Positions 43,174 to 55,146 of a stretch of DNA of 64,000 nucleotides are shown here, piece by piece. The translations under genes and the position numbers were made by a program. The notes under the pieces are model-generated. The model had not been told where the DNA came from. It did not search any database and saw only the letters and a list, made by a program, of their open reading frames with translations. Each line of letters begins with the position of its first letter. Within the stretch, counting starts at the first letter, position 1. Source of the DNA: Eledone cirrhosa (Eukaryota); contig OZ024741.1 in the NCBI GenBank assembly GCA_964016885.1, positions 190,216,001 through 190,280,000 on the forward strand. Reading direction: 5' to 3'.

Positions 43174-43223
<50 letters not shown>

Positions 43224-43678
43224 CTATGCCAGAAACCATTATTATTTTACTGTCATTTTTATTGTAGACAAATGTAATTTATAACTGTTAGGGTATAAAT
43301 CCAACGATCAAGCCATACATTTCAAATTCTGGAAATAATACTTTCCTTGGTCATCACATAGATGTGTGTGTATGTAATAATAATTGTTTTTCTAAGTGTG
43401 TCTGTTTATGTGTAGATTCGTGTGTGTTTGTAATTCTATTGTCTATATATCTTTCTAAATAAACACACACAAATACATAAACACTCACACAAATATTATA
43501 TATAAATATATTTTACACAAACACACACATAATCATAACAGCCAATGTGTGTACATATAGACACACATAGGTGTAGCGAATATTAGACACTGCGACCCCT
43601 TCCTTCCTCAGTTTGTCATCACCTATTCTTCCTCAGTCATCTCTTGTGACGACGGACATAGAATATATAGTATATATA

Positions 43679-43722
<44 letters not shown>

Positions 43723-43725
<3 letters not shown>

Positions 43726-43909
43726 CGAGTAGGACCCCGACGGCTGAGCTCAAGCCGTTTCGACGGCTAATTCATCCAGAATTAGCCGTCGAAACGGCTT
43801 GAGCTCAGCCGTCGGGGTCCTACTCGTTCATATTACCCACTCTACTACCCTAAGTATTGAGTACTTTGGTGCGTTATGGTCCATCTGGTTCCTTACCACA
43901 TTTCCTTCG

Positions 43910-43910
<1 letters not shown>
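43723..43910 (+). mobile_element. Family B hairpin-plus-tail element in (TA)n
   Basis: 43723-43773 is inverted against 43779-43829, followed by an ~80-nt unique tail and (TA)n. Four related copies occur in the window. Confidence 0.8.
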
Positions 43911-43963
<53 letters not shown>

Positions 43964-44191
43964 TATATATATCGTATATATAGTATATATAGTAAATGAG
44001 TGGAGAATGACGTTATTCTTCACACATTTTCTATTATTACTCCAAGAACCGCTTACCTAGGAACTGTCTTAAATCGGCCACCCGAGTAAGGAAACGTCTT
44101 GTTGAGTCTAACAAAGCCGAATGTTAAAACTATCCTCGATATAGAGTAATCATAACCTCTACTTGGATTACCTTAAACGATATCTCGTTAA

Positions 44192-44233
<42 letters not shown>

Positions 44234-44234
<1 letters not shown>

Positions 44235-44329
44235 CGAAGGAAAAGTGGTAAGGAACCAGGTGGACCATAACGCACCAAAGTACTCAATACTTAGGGTAGT
44301 AGAGCTCAGCCGTCGGGGTCCTACTCGTT

Positions 44330-44331
<2 letters not shown>
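44234..44331 (-). mobile_element. Family B copy, opposite orientation (tail part joined to a short arm)
   Basis: Reverse complement of the family B tail (AACGAAGGAAA..AGGGTAGTAGAG) is joined through GAG to CTCAGCCGTCGGGGTCCTACTCGTTC. Confidence 0.8.
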
Positions 44332-44412
<81 letters not shown>

Positions 44413-44417
<5 letters not shown>

Positions 44418-44584
44418 GTAATTCTGTCGGAAAGGTCCAGGAAAAAAGAGTGCTCTATGTAGGTAACAGAGCTTAATAGTTATATAGTTATGTGATAAAC
44501 AACATAAGGCAATTATTTCATTTACCAGTGGTTTCTTAAAAGCAAACTGGTAAATGAAATAATTGGCTTATGTTGTTTATCACA

Positions 44585-44592
<8 letters not shown>
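44413..44592 (-). mobile_element. Family C copy, opposite orientation
   Basis: Reverse complement of the family C tail and arm (44413-44546), then an inverted arm at 44547-44592. Flanked by (TA)n. Confidence 0.8.
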
Positions 44593-44618
<26 letters not shown>

Positions 44619-44620
<2 letters not shown>

Positions 44621-44715
44621 AACCAGTAAGACCCCGACGGCTGAGCTCAAGCCGTTTCGACGGCTAATTCTGGACTGCGTTATGGTCCACCTGGTTCCTT
44701 ACCACATTTCCTTCG

Positions 44716-44717
<2 letters not shown>
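44619..44717 (+). mobile_element. Family B copy (antisense arm joined directly to the distal tail)
   Basis: GACCCCGACGGCTGAGCTCAAGCCGTTTCGACGGCTAATTCTGGACT is followed by GCGTTATGGTCCACCTGGTTCCTTACCACATTTCCTTCGT and (TA)n. Confidence 0.8.
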
Positions 44718-44780
<63 letters not shown>

Positions 44781-45177
44781 TTCCATATAGTCGTGTATAA
44801 GACGCATCCCCATTTTACATAACATTGTTGGTTCAGTACTTGAATCGCATATAGGGTTTCATAGGTTCACTAGAGAAGTCGAATGCTGGCTTCTATGTGG
44901 CCTTTGCTGTTGATTTTTTTGTTCCTGCGTAGAAGTGCGATGTATACGTACATATGTTTGTCCACGTGTGTGTGCGGACGCCTGTTAATCAGTTTTGAAA
45001 GCTTTTGATTTGCTGTCAATTAAGACTGACCTGGAGCTAAACCACAAAATCAATAACATTAAGTGGGATTCGAATCGAACCGCAAACCACAGCTGTAGAT
45101 ACATTACCTCTTAATTTCCTGTAATGATTTAGTAGAAAATGTTTAGAAGTGAGATCTATTAATTCATACATTTATAG

Positions 45178-45489
45178 CAGGGGTGTACAACAGGCGGCCC
45201 GCGGGCCACAATCCGGCCCGCCTGACCAGTCAGAGTGACCGCGATGACCGTTTTTAATTTTTACCTTGTAGCCTTATTTAGAATTTTTTTCGTAACCGTA
45301 ATAAAATTGTTAGTTGACCTATATTAAAGGGCTTCACTGATAAGGTTATGTGTTATAATTTCCCAGTTCCATGTTATGGAAAGAAGTTGTGGTAAATCTT
45401 TGGAATAGTGCTTAATAAATATTAACGGCCCTAATAGTTGTTCCAATGTTCAAAAGAAGCCCGCCAATGGAATATGTTGCACACCCCTG
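45178..45489. mobile_element. hAT-superfamily MITE (312 bp)
   Basis: TIRs CAGGGGTGTACAACA / TGTTGCACACCCCTG, 8-bp TSD ATTTATAG (45170-45177 and 45490-45497), and subterminal GCGGCCCGCGGGCC motifs typical of hAT/Charlie-like elements. Confidence 0.92.
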
Positions 45490-45787
45490 ATTTATAGTAC
45501 CTTTCATTGCGAAAATTTGCAGTATTAGAATAAAGACTTAAATGTTTAATGTGATGCTGTTATAAGGCTTTTTTGTGCTTTTCAAGAATGTCTTGCTAAT
45601 GCAGTTTCATTTGCTATAAGACATTAAATTAAGAGTTAAGTTAATAACGAGTATACACGCGCGCGTGCGCGCACATATTTTGAAAATAAAATATTTAACA
45701 TAACGTAAAATAAAACAATGTTGTTAAGTTTGTGAGAAAGGAAACAAACAATGAAGGTTGTACTTTTGTACCCTCTTTGATTATCGA

Positions 45788-45810
45788 GAGACAGAGAGAG
45801 AAAGAGAGAG

Positions 45811-45873
<63 letters not shown>
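45788..45873. repeat. (GA)n microsatellite
   Basis: Directly visible. Confidence 0.95.
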
Positions 45874-46014
45874 GAGTTTGTTTGACATGATGACATGTAC
45901 AAGGTTATATGGTTTGAAATAACATACATCCTATTTTTCGTACAAAAGATTTTATAGAAGAAAACACCAAGTAAGTACATTTTTTAATGTGATGAGTGAC
46001 AACAGCGGTCATAA

Positions 46015-46238
46015 TAATTGTATCTACTCTTAGGCACAAGGCCAGCAATTTTTTTTGTGGGGGAAGGGAAAGTCGATTAAATCGACGTCAGTGCATTACT
46101 GGTACTTTATTTTATCGACCCCCGTATGGATGAAAGGCAAAACTAACATTGGCACGATTTGAACTCAGAACGTAAAGTGCCATAATTCTATGCTGCAAAG
46201 CATGGTGTCCGACGCTCTACCGATACTGCCAATCCACT
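46015..46238 (-). mobile_element. tRNA-derived SINE
   Basis: Same A/B boxes and core as the other copies, with a longer 3' segment (GGGGAAGGGAAAGTCGATTAAATCGAC on the plus strand). Confidence 0.88.
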
Positions 46239-46242
46239 ATAA

Positions 46243-46424
46243 TAATTGTTTCTACTCTTGGCACAACGTCAGCAATTACTTCAGTACATTACTGGTACTT
46301 TATTTTATCGACCCCGTAAAGATGAAAGGCAAAGCTAACCTCGGCGGGATTTGAGCTCAGAACGTAAAGGGCGGTAACTCTATGCCTCAAAGTATATTGT
46401 CTGACGCTCTACCGATACTGCCAA
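46243..46424 (-). mobile_element. tRNA-derived SINE, tandem to the previous copy
   Basis: Homologous to 39795-39977 in reverse complement. Confidence 0.9.
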
Positions 46425-46918
46425 ATAACAAGGATTTCTTTATTAAATCACAAAATGACGACATGAAGAAAACATTAAAGGCTGTACAATACGGATTCTT
46501 GCGATAACAGAAACAAGAAACATTAAATTAAAACAAAAGAAAATTCCCCAATAGGGGTGAGACTTCCTACCTATTGGCCACTTGTGAAGAAAACCCCCAA
46601 AAAGCCACGGCCACCCTAACGTCTATTCCTAGTTTTTCGTGGCCTCCTTCTAGCCCTCTGTTGTTGTTGTTGTTGTTGTTGTTTTTTTCCCTTATATATA
46701 TTCATATGTACGGAGACCAGCATTTCTTATAGACGTGTGTTGTTAAATACACGACTGTGTGGCCTACTGGTTCGTAATCTGTCACCCTGCTTAACACCAG
46801 CATCTGGCCGTTGGGTGCCTTTAGCAGAGATCACTCTCTTGCAAGCATCCGGAGTAGGTTTGAGGGTATCTTCATTCCTTCTAGATTTGAAGACTCTTCC
46901 ATCCCTGACTAAACAGTG

Positions 46919-46964
<46 letters not shown>

Positions 46965-46969
<5 letters not shown>

Positions 46970-47247
46970 TTATTATGTAATAAACAACATAAGGCAATTA
47001 TTCCATTTACCAGTGGTTTCTTAAAAGCAAAAGGTTTTGCTTTCAATCCTCGGTATGAAAAATCCTGGTTTTTTAAACCAGGATTTTTCATTCTGAGGAT
47101 TGAAAGCAAAACCTTTTGCTTTTAAGAAACCACTGGTAAATGGAATAATTGCCTTATGTTGTTTATTACATAATAATAATAATTAAGCTCTGTTGCATAC
47201 ATAGAGCACTCTTTTTTCCTGGACTTTTCCGATGGAATTACTTCATT

Positions 47248-47249
<2 letters not shown>
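46965..47249 (+). mobile_element. Family C hairpin-plus-tail element in (TA)n
   Basis: Near-perfect ~220-bp palindrome at 46965-47184 centred near 47072, then a ~65-nt tail and (TA)n. Contains a hammerhead. Confidence 0.85.
47086..47145 (+). ncRNA. Type-I hammerhead ribozyme, intact core (family C)
   Basis: tttcatt-CTGAGGA-ttgaaagcaaaa-cc-ttttgcttttaa-GAAA-ccactg-GTA|aatggaa. Stems I, II and III all pair; predicted cut after 47138. Confidence 0.85.
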
Positions 47250-47299
<50 letters not shown>

Positions 47300-47300
<1 letters not shown>

Positions 47301-47550
47301 GATATTAAACAAATGGAAACTATATTTATAAAACCATATTTATTTCATTATACATATTTCAGGGATACCATATTAAAAATATGGCATGCCTTCTTCAGAT
47401 AAAATACAATATATAAGCAGTTTTATAAATAAATTTGACGTACCATAAAATATTGATCAACTTCCATTAAAAAAAGTTGGTTTGAGTGCTTTATATCAGT
47501 TATAAAATATTTACTCGTTGTAACCCAACAATTTTAAATAAAACTTTTGC
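47300..47550 (+). mobile_element. Family A copy (antisense arm with hammerhead joined to the distal tail)
   Basis: Minus strand reads CTGAAGA-aggcatgccatatt-ttt-aatatggtatccct-GAAA-tatgtATA-atgaaata. The 3' part TTGAGTGCTTTATATCAGTTATAAAA..CCCAACAA matches the family A tail. Confidence 0.85.
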
Positions 47551-47569
47551 ATATATATATATATATATA

Positions 47570-47754
47570 GGATGGAGTTTGACCCCGACGGCTGAGCTCA
47601 AGCCAGAAACGGCTTCGAGTCCAGAATTAGCCGTCGAAACGGCTTGAGCTCAGCCGTCGGGGTCCAACTCGTTCCTATTACCCACTCTACTACCCTAAGT
47701 ATTGAGTACTTTGGTGCGTTATGGACCACCTGGTTCCTTACCACATTTCTTCCG

Positions 47755-47756
<2 letters not shown>
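47570..47756 (+). mobile_element. Family B copy (short antisense arm + sense arm + tail)
   Basis: Homologous to 43723-43910 with a different internal junction. Confidence 0.8.
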
Positions 47757-47834
<78 letters not shown>

Positions 47835-48080
47835 GGATACTATTTATGGTTATGTATATACTAAAACTTTTTATAGTTATGTATATTTTAAACCCTAAAC
47901 AGTGAAGGTCAGTAAGTATGTCTCTTGTGTTGGAAAGGATGTCAATTATGTGTACAAATATTGAAAAATGCTCCGAAGATTCCAAGCCTAGGTTTGGATG
48001 AAACAATTGTAAGTGAATAAATGCTTTGAACATAGCTTTGATTCTTGTGAATTCTCTCTCTCTCTATATATATATATATA

Positions 48081-48545
48081 GGCATACGTCAAAACGGCCG
48101 GTCTCAAAAGTGAAACTAATTTTTGACAGTTACGTACACGTTATAAGAGTTATTTAAATTTATATATATAAAATAAAGGAGCAAATAAGAGCATGATATG
48201 AAGTCAGTCATGTGTGTATATATGTGTGTGTGTGTGTAAACGAATGTAAAAGAATATATGTAGGGCATAGATAAGGTTTCCTAGAATGTTACACACACAC
48301 ACATATATACACACACACGTGTATATATTATAGTGTGTATGTGTGTATATATAAGTGTATATGTGTGTGTACTTTTACATTCGTTTACACACACACACAT
48401 ATATACACACACACACATGACTGACTTTATATCATGCTCTTATTTGCTCCTTTATTTTATATATATAAATTTAAATAACTCTTATAACGTGTACGTAACT
48501 GTCAAAAATTAGTTTCACTTTTGAGATCGGCCGTTTTGACGTATG

Positions 48546-48547
<2 letters not shown>
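48081..48547. mobile_element. Foldback element with GGCATAC termini, inserted in (TA)n
   Basis: 48081-~48250 is the reverse complement of ~48372-48547. The first ~50 bp resemble the TIR of 39142-39996. Confidence 0.85.
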
Positions 48548-48585
<38 letters not shown>

Positions 48586-48604
48586 GCAACTGGACATCAT
48601 GTCT

Positions 48605-49216
<612 letters not shown>

Positions 49217-49239
49217 CTACAATACTTTCTATACCTTTC

Positions 49240-49305
<66 letters not shown>

Positions 49306-49799
49306 CAGTAACAGCAACATCAATTGCAATAAAATGACTTCACTCTTATAATACTGAAGTGGAAAACTGACTTTCAATACCACCATCGCCACTACTGCCA
49401 TTTTCACCCCCATCGCCATCACTACCACAAGCACCGTCAGTTACCGCCGGCGCCGTTGTCATTCGTACTGTACTATATTGTTACACACTTCAACACAAAT
49501 TATCCCATCCCTCTGTACATAAACAAGGCAATTATGTCAGCGACAACAACAAATAACAACAGCAACAGCAATCTTAAAAGGTTAACTAGTTTATTAATAT
49601 AAAGTTTACAGTTACACTATACCGGACAATCTTTCAGTTTCAATTTCATTGTGGCTGATGTTTTTATAACATGTAGCTTCGACTGTGTAACTAGTTTAGT
49701 GCAACCTCTTTCGAAAATGAAAGTATATTATGATTACTTGGAAATGAAAAAAAAAAAACTGTTTGGAAAATCTGACGAGTGGGCCGTTCCTATTTTGGG

Positions 49800-49958
49800 A
49801 TGGTAGACTTAATCTGTCAGATAGAATGCTTTACGGGTCCCGGAGTTCAAATCCCACCGATTCAACTTTGCCTTTCATCCTTTCGAGGTCGATGAAATAA
49901 AGCATCCGTAATGCCTGGGATAATTGCTGGCCTTGTGCCAAAAGTAGAAACAATTATT
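49800..49958 (+). mobile_element. tRNA-derived SINE, diverged 5' part
   Basis: GAGTTCAAATCCC, GCCTTTCATCCTTTCGAGGTCGAT and GCTGGCCTTGTGCCAAAAGTAGAAACAATT. Confidence 0.82.
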
Positions 49959-50499
49959 AAAGAAATGAGCTGTTCATTGGCAGAATCGGTAGAACAGCTA
50001 ACACAACGACTCTTCAGACCTAGTAGGCAACTGGACATCATGTCTCATCGTTCCAGCCTTCCCTCATTGGCACAGGCTACTCTCTTCTACTTTCCAACGG
50101 TTGTGGGACCAAGAAGCATGTCATAAACAGAGAGAACTAGAAAACTGGCTCTAGCTGGCTCCCATGACCATAGTTCTTCTCATCCGATCTTCTGCTTAAC
50201 TTCAAACTCCTCATAGGTCACGCACTGTACCTGTTGGTCGCATTGCACCAAGGCCACGTTGCGATTTCTCAATTCCCCCTTCTTTACCTGATTGGCTACC
50301 GAAACCTTCTCTCCTTTTGAAACATGGCGTAGTCTGGTCTGAATTTGGGATTTCCAAGGCCCTTTTGCTTAGTGCAGGACCTACTATATGTTAGTGAGGC
50401 GACGAAGTATTTATTGCCTCTGATGCCATCCATTTTCTTCCTGTCATGAGCCCTTGTGGGGAGGAACGGATGATATGGTCACTAACTGAATACACACGT

Positions 50500-50670
50500 G
50501 CTTTTTCACAGATTGTTTCTGTTCCTTTCTCGTCTCAATTTCTATCTCTTATTTCTCATTCCATCCTCTGATGAAACGTAAAGACTTTTTTCCTTATATA
50601 CCAAGCGTTAAACTAATATATTTCTTCATTGTACTGTGTTGTGTAGTTTGCGTTGTTTCCGTTTACTTTT

Positions 50671-50675
<5 letters not shown>
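50500..50675 (+). mobile_element. Short repeat homologous to 51960-52152, with hammerhead stem II deleted
   Basis: CTGATGAAACGTAAA..TATACCAAGCGTTAAACTAATATATTTCTTCATTGTACTG..TTTACTTTTTGCA, then (TA)n. Confidence 0.6.
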
Positions 50676-50719
<44 letters not shown>

Positions 50720-51185
50720 CATTTGGGATTTTACCTATATATATATATATATATAGGTAAAATCCCAAACGCGGCACTGCCTATCTGATTAGTGGTCTCC
50801 TCGGTCTCAACACCACAGACTCTTTCTCTCTCTATATATAAACTGAAAAATGGTGTCTGTAGATGTGTCATAATTGCGTAAAAACAGGTGACACCACAGA
50901 AATACGTATAACAGCGAATACCTATGTGCGTCTGAACCGTTGTTTGCCAATATACTTTTTTGTTTGATACATATATATAAATGGAAAAAAAATGACTCTG
51001 TTTGTAAACATCCAGTTGACTTAAGAAGCACTGACAACATTTAATAATAGTCGATCGCTATATATAACAGTTGAAAAAAAAAAATCGAGTAAAGTACCCC
51101 AGGAGATTGAAAAGTAGACAGAGGCGCCTGGGCGACTACATTATAAAAAAAAACGCGAATTTATAAATGCAAATATAGTCAGTGC

Positions 51186-51320
51186 ATGGCGGCAAATTGG
51201 CAAAGTAGTTAAGAACATCTTTGCAGTTTTCATTTTGGTTCAAATACTATTGTGGTTAACTTCACTTTTCAGCTTTTCGATGTTGCTAAAAAAGTACCAT
51301 TCCTGTACTGGGGTCAATTA
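51186..51320 (+). mobile_element. Highly diverged SINE remnant
   Basis: TTGGCAAAGTAGTTAAG..GGTTCAAATAC..GGTTAACTTCACTTTTCAGCTTTTCG..AAAAGTACCA..TGTACTGGGGTC. Confidence 0.55.
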
Positions 51321-51525
51321 TTCCTCTATATTTATGACTCCCTCTCTCTCCCTCCTCTAGAAGAAATCGACTGTGGTCAGACCTGGAGAGGAGGAAATGG
51401 GCTCCGCCGGATTTTAAATGCCTCAGAAACACCTTATGTCACGGTGGCACCATTACTACTCCACCAACAATTACGGGTCTATGAGAGGAGATGGTAAGTT
51501 CAAAATCCTTCAGTTGTAAAATAAT

Positions 51526-51708
51526 TGTTTCTACTTTTGGCACAAGGCCAGCAATTACCCAGTGTATTACTGGTACTTTATTTTATCGACCCCGTAAGGA
51601 TGAAAGGCAAAGTTAACCTCGGCGGGATTTGAACTCAGAATGGCAAGGGCCGTAACTCTATGCGTCAAAGCATGGCGTCCGACCCTCTACCGATACTGCC
51701 AATCCACC
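51526..51708 (-). mobile_element. Full-length tRNA-derived SINE with probable TSD AAAATAAT
   Basis: Very similar to 39795-39977. AAAATAAT occurs at 51518-51525 and 51709-51716. Confidence 0.93.
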
Positions 51709-52027
51709 AAAATAATGTTAACTATGCATGATAGATCTTATATAGTTCCTTTATTAATTTATTTTATCAATCTCCTGTTTTTGAGACAAGCTACGCTGAT
51801 TCCCAAATAACAAATACTGCCAATATAACAAATATCATTTGTAAACAATTGTTATCAACAAATATTTGCAATCTTGATATTTAAAATAAACATTTTAAAG
51901 CTCGAAAAACATTTCTGAAAATGGGTACTGGCTGACTGAACACACACATTCTTTTCCTTGCCCATGTTTTCCGTTCTTTCCTCTTCTCATTGTCTATCTT
52001 TCTATTTCTTCTTTTATTTCTCTGACT

Positions 52028-52066
52028 ATCTTCTGATGAAGGACTAGTGTCCGAAACGTTAAATTT
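52028..52066 (+). ncRNA. Minimal type-I hammerhead motif within a ~200-bp repeat (51960-52152)
   Basis: CTGATGA-a-ggac-tagt-gtcc-GAAACGTTA-aa, with the palindromic AACGTT stem III typical of minimal PLE hammerheads. Stem I is weak. Confidence 0.65.
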
Positions 52067-52518
52067 ATTTTCCTACTATATCAAGCGTTAAATTGATATA
52101 TATCTTCATTGTACTGAATTGTTTGCTGTGTTTTTTCCATTTACTTGTTGCATACTCGCGGATAATATGACTCTCCGTTTTATTCAAAAATATTTGTAAT
52201 ATACACAAGAAAATACAATACTGTATATACTCGAGTCAAAATTTTAAAGGTTAAATTTATAGGCTCGACTATTACATGGATATTACTTCGAGGGATGGAA
52301 TTCACGTTAGAATCCAAAATACCATATCAGTACCACAAAATAATATAATTTTAATGAATTTCAGCTTAGGTCTCTGATCGTGACTGCTTACATTTGCAAA
52401 GAGTACGACAGATTATCATAATTTTAAGTTAATATTAGCCGACGCCGCGGAAATTCCGCAGCTTAATGGTTGTCCATTAAAAATCAATATGGAATTTGAA
52501 GTGTTTTATTTATAAGTT

Positions 52519-52557
<39 letters not shown>

Positions 52558-52869
52558 CCGGGTTCAGTCGGGGGTAAGCATAGTAAGTAAGGTACTCAAT
52601 ACATACCAGAGTATAAAGGGCTTTCCTGATGATTTCTTTCCAATGAAACAGTTCTAGTCCTGTAGAAACCACTTCTCTCTCTCTCTCTCTCTCCACACAC
52701 ACACACACATATATATATATGTATATTTATGTTTGTTGGTTCACCACTGGATAGAACTGGTCATTCCGTATGGTCAACCTCGATGTAATATTAGGGAGAG
52801 CAATCGACGTAATGCAACTCACCCGTCTTCGTTTGTATTGTTGGTGGTGCGAGTACGGAGTTAATTATT

Positions 52870-53399
52870 ATAAAATAACAGGAGGCTGGACTGGTGTAAA
52901 TCCTTGAAAGGTTTATTATACTATGAACATTTCAATGACCGGGTTCAATATGAATCCGGTGACATCATCAGGTATTCGAAATTTAACAAAGGAATATAAT
53001 CCATGGAGCTGAAAAGGCAGAGTGACAAGAAGGCGGTCACCCTTTTAGCAGTTTCTAGTTCGGTCGGCCGCCCTCAAGTGACGACTACCAATTCTTCTTA
53101 TGCCTTTCTGGTGAAGGGGCGTAAGCTTATAGTTTACTACTACCACCCCAGACTGAATGGGTACTTAATTATCTATTATATAAAAATTCTAACGTTTGAT
53201 AAGTGTAGTGTAAAAAATCGGTCACGCTCCGAAAGGGAAGGGGTAAGAATGTGTGTGCCAGAGGGTGGGGCAAGAGGTGGTATCAAATTTTCTTTTTTTT
53301 AAACTTGTGTTGTGGAAAAAATATTCACCATCATATTATAAATGAGTAAATATTCTAATTTGGGAGTTTCGACAATTTACTAGTATATTATTTGTATAT

Positions 53400-53400
<1 letters not shown>
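52870..53400 (-). mobile_element. Family D hammerhead-bearing repeat (segment A 52870-53148, X 53148-53182, B 53183-53400)
   Basis: Homologous to 61185-61460 (direct) and 61725-62397 (inverted, permuted). The minus strand has CTGATGA..GAAA at ~52971-52930. Confidence 0.75.
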
Positions 53401-53642
<242 letters not shown>

Positions 53643-53644
<2 letters not shown>

Positions 53645-54902
53645 CTTAGCCTTTGTTGACCTAGAGAAGGCCTTTGATAGGGTACCCCGATCTGTCATCT
53701 GGTGGTCCCTAAGGAAGCTGGGTGTTGAGGAATGGCTTGTAAGGACAGTGCAAACTTTGTACAGAGGTACTCTCAGTAAAGTCAGGGTAGGAATGGAGTT
53801 TAGTGAGGAATTCCAGATACAAGTAGGAGTACATCAGGGTTCGGTCCTCAGCCCGCTCTTGTTCATTATAGTCCTCCAAGCCATAACAGAGGAGTTTAAG
53901 ACTGGCTGTCCATGGGAACTTCTCTATGCTGACGATCTGGCTCTTATGGCAGAATCAGTAGAGGAGCTAGAGAATAAATTCCGGCTATGGAAACAGCAGT
54001 TGGAAGCAAGAGGACTGAGAGTAAATCTAGCTAAGACAAAAGTGTTGATGAGTAGAAAAGAGGACAAAACCCTGATTCCGTCAGGGAAATGGCCATGTTC
54101 GATATGCAGAAAAGGAACTGGCATAAATTCTATAAAATGCACACAATGTAGGTCCTGGGTACACAAGAGATGTAGCGGGATAGCAGGCAAACTAACAGGT
54201 AGGGAGAAATATGTATGCAGTAGATGTACAGGGAAATTAGACAGTAGAAGTCGCACTGATAGACACATTTTTCAAATGCGAGAGGGCGCTATAGAAGTGG
54301 TGGATAGCTTCCGGTACCTAGGAGATCAGATTAGCATGGGAGGAGGGTGTTCCGAGGCCATAGTATCTAGAATAAGGACGGGTTGGAAGAAGTTTAGGGA
54401 GCTGCTTCCTCTGTTGACGAAGAAGGGTTTCTCCCTGCGTACGAAAGGCCGGTTGTATGATGCCTGTGTGAGGAGCGCGATGCTGCATGGTAGTGAGACA
54501 TGGGCAGCTACCGCAGAAGATATGCGACGGCTGGAGAGAAATGAGGCAAGCATGCTCCGTTGGATGTGCAGTGTAAATGTGCGTGAACGACCCAGCATAA
54601 ATGTGTTGAGAGAGAAACTGTGTCTGAGAGGGATAGAATGTAGTGTACGGGAGAGGAGACTGAGGTGGTATGGACATGTGATGCGCATGGAGGATGACCG
54701 ATGGGTGAAGAAGTGCCAGGAAATGCCAGTTGAAGGAAGACGTGGTAGAGGTAGACCACGAAAAACATGGGCGGAGGTGGTGAGAACAGACCTCAGATCA
54801 TTCAAGCTCACGGTGGAGATGACGAGGGACCGTGACGAGTGGAGAGATGCTGTGCTGAATAAGACCCGTCCCACCCTTGCAAGCAGGGAAAAGCGGACGT
54901 AA
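53643..54902 (+). CDS. RTE reverse transcriptase, C-terminal part (open frame, no true start), with embedded C4HC3 PHD-like finger
   Basis: [16 protein letters not shown] (upstream of the listed GTG), [47 protein letters not shown]. No internal stops. Confidence 0.92.
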
Positions 54903-54903
54903 A

Positions 54904-54937
<34 letters not shown>
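53643..54937 (+). mobile_element. 5'-truncated RTE-clade LINE with (GAT)n tail, inserted in (TA)n
   Basis: RT reading frame runs to the stop at 54902 and is followed immediately by (ATG)n. (TA)n on both sides. Confidence 0.93.
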
Positions 54938-54992
<55 letters not shown>

Positions 54993-54997
<5 letters not shown>

Positions 54998-55087
54998 TTA
55001 GTTAAGCAAAACATGACCACAAATTTCACAAGGAAGACATTATTAAAAGATTGTCAACATATTTAAGTTTGATGTAAGGAATGTAGA

Positions 55088-55146
<59 letters not shown>

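Noticed and set aside
44040-44110. Possible hammerhead ending GAAACGTC
   Set aside because: No CTGANGA core upstream and only a weak stem.
50050-50490. GC-richer unique segments (also 38500-38760 and 46430-46915) as exons
   Set aside because: No recognisable protein motif or splice-supported frame. They are probably unclassified TE fragments.
52219-52280. Tc2/pogo-like terminus (TACTGTATATACTCGAGT); a similar hint occurs at ~44782
   Set aside because: No matching opposite TIR or transposase could be identified.
53003-53302. Repeated MELKRQSDKK ORF (also at 61724-61906) as a small protein gene
   Set aside because: It lies antisense to the hammerhead strand of a repeat, differs in length between copies, and has no recognisable domain.
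53172-53383. Mini-Helitron (A|TCTATTATATAAAA...CTAG|T)
   Set aside because: No convincing subterminal hairpin, the second copy lacks CTAG, and homology extends past both putative ends.
53924-54874. Minus-strand ORFs of 86-182 aa
   Set aside because: They are shadows of the RTE RT frame with no independent motifs.
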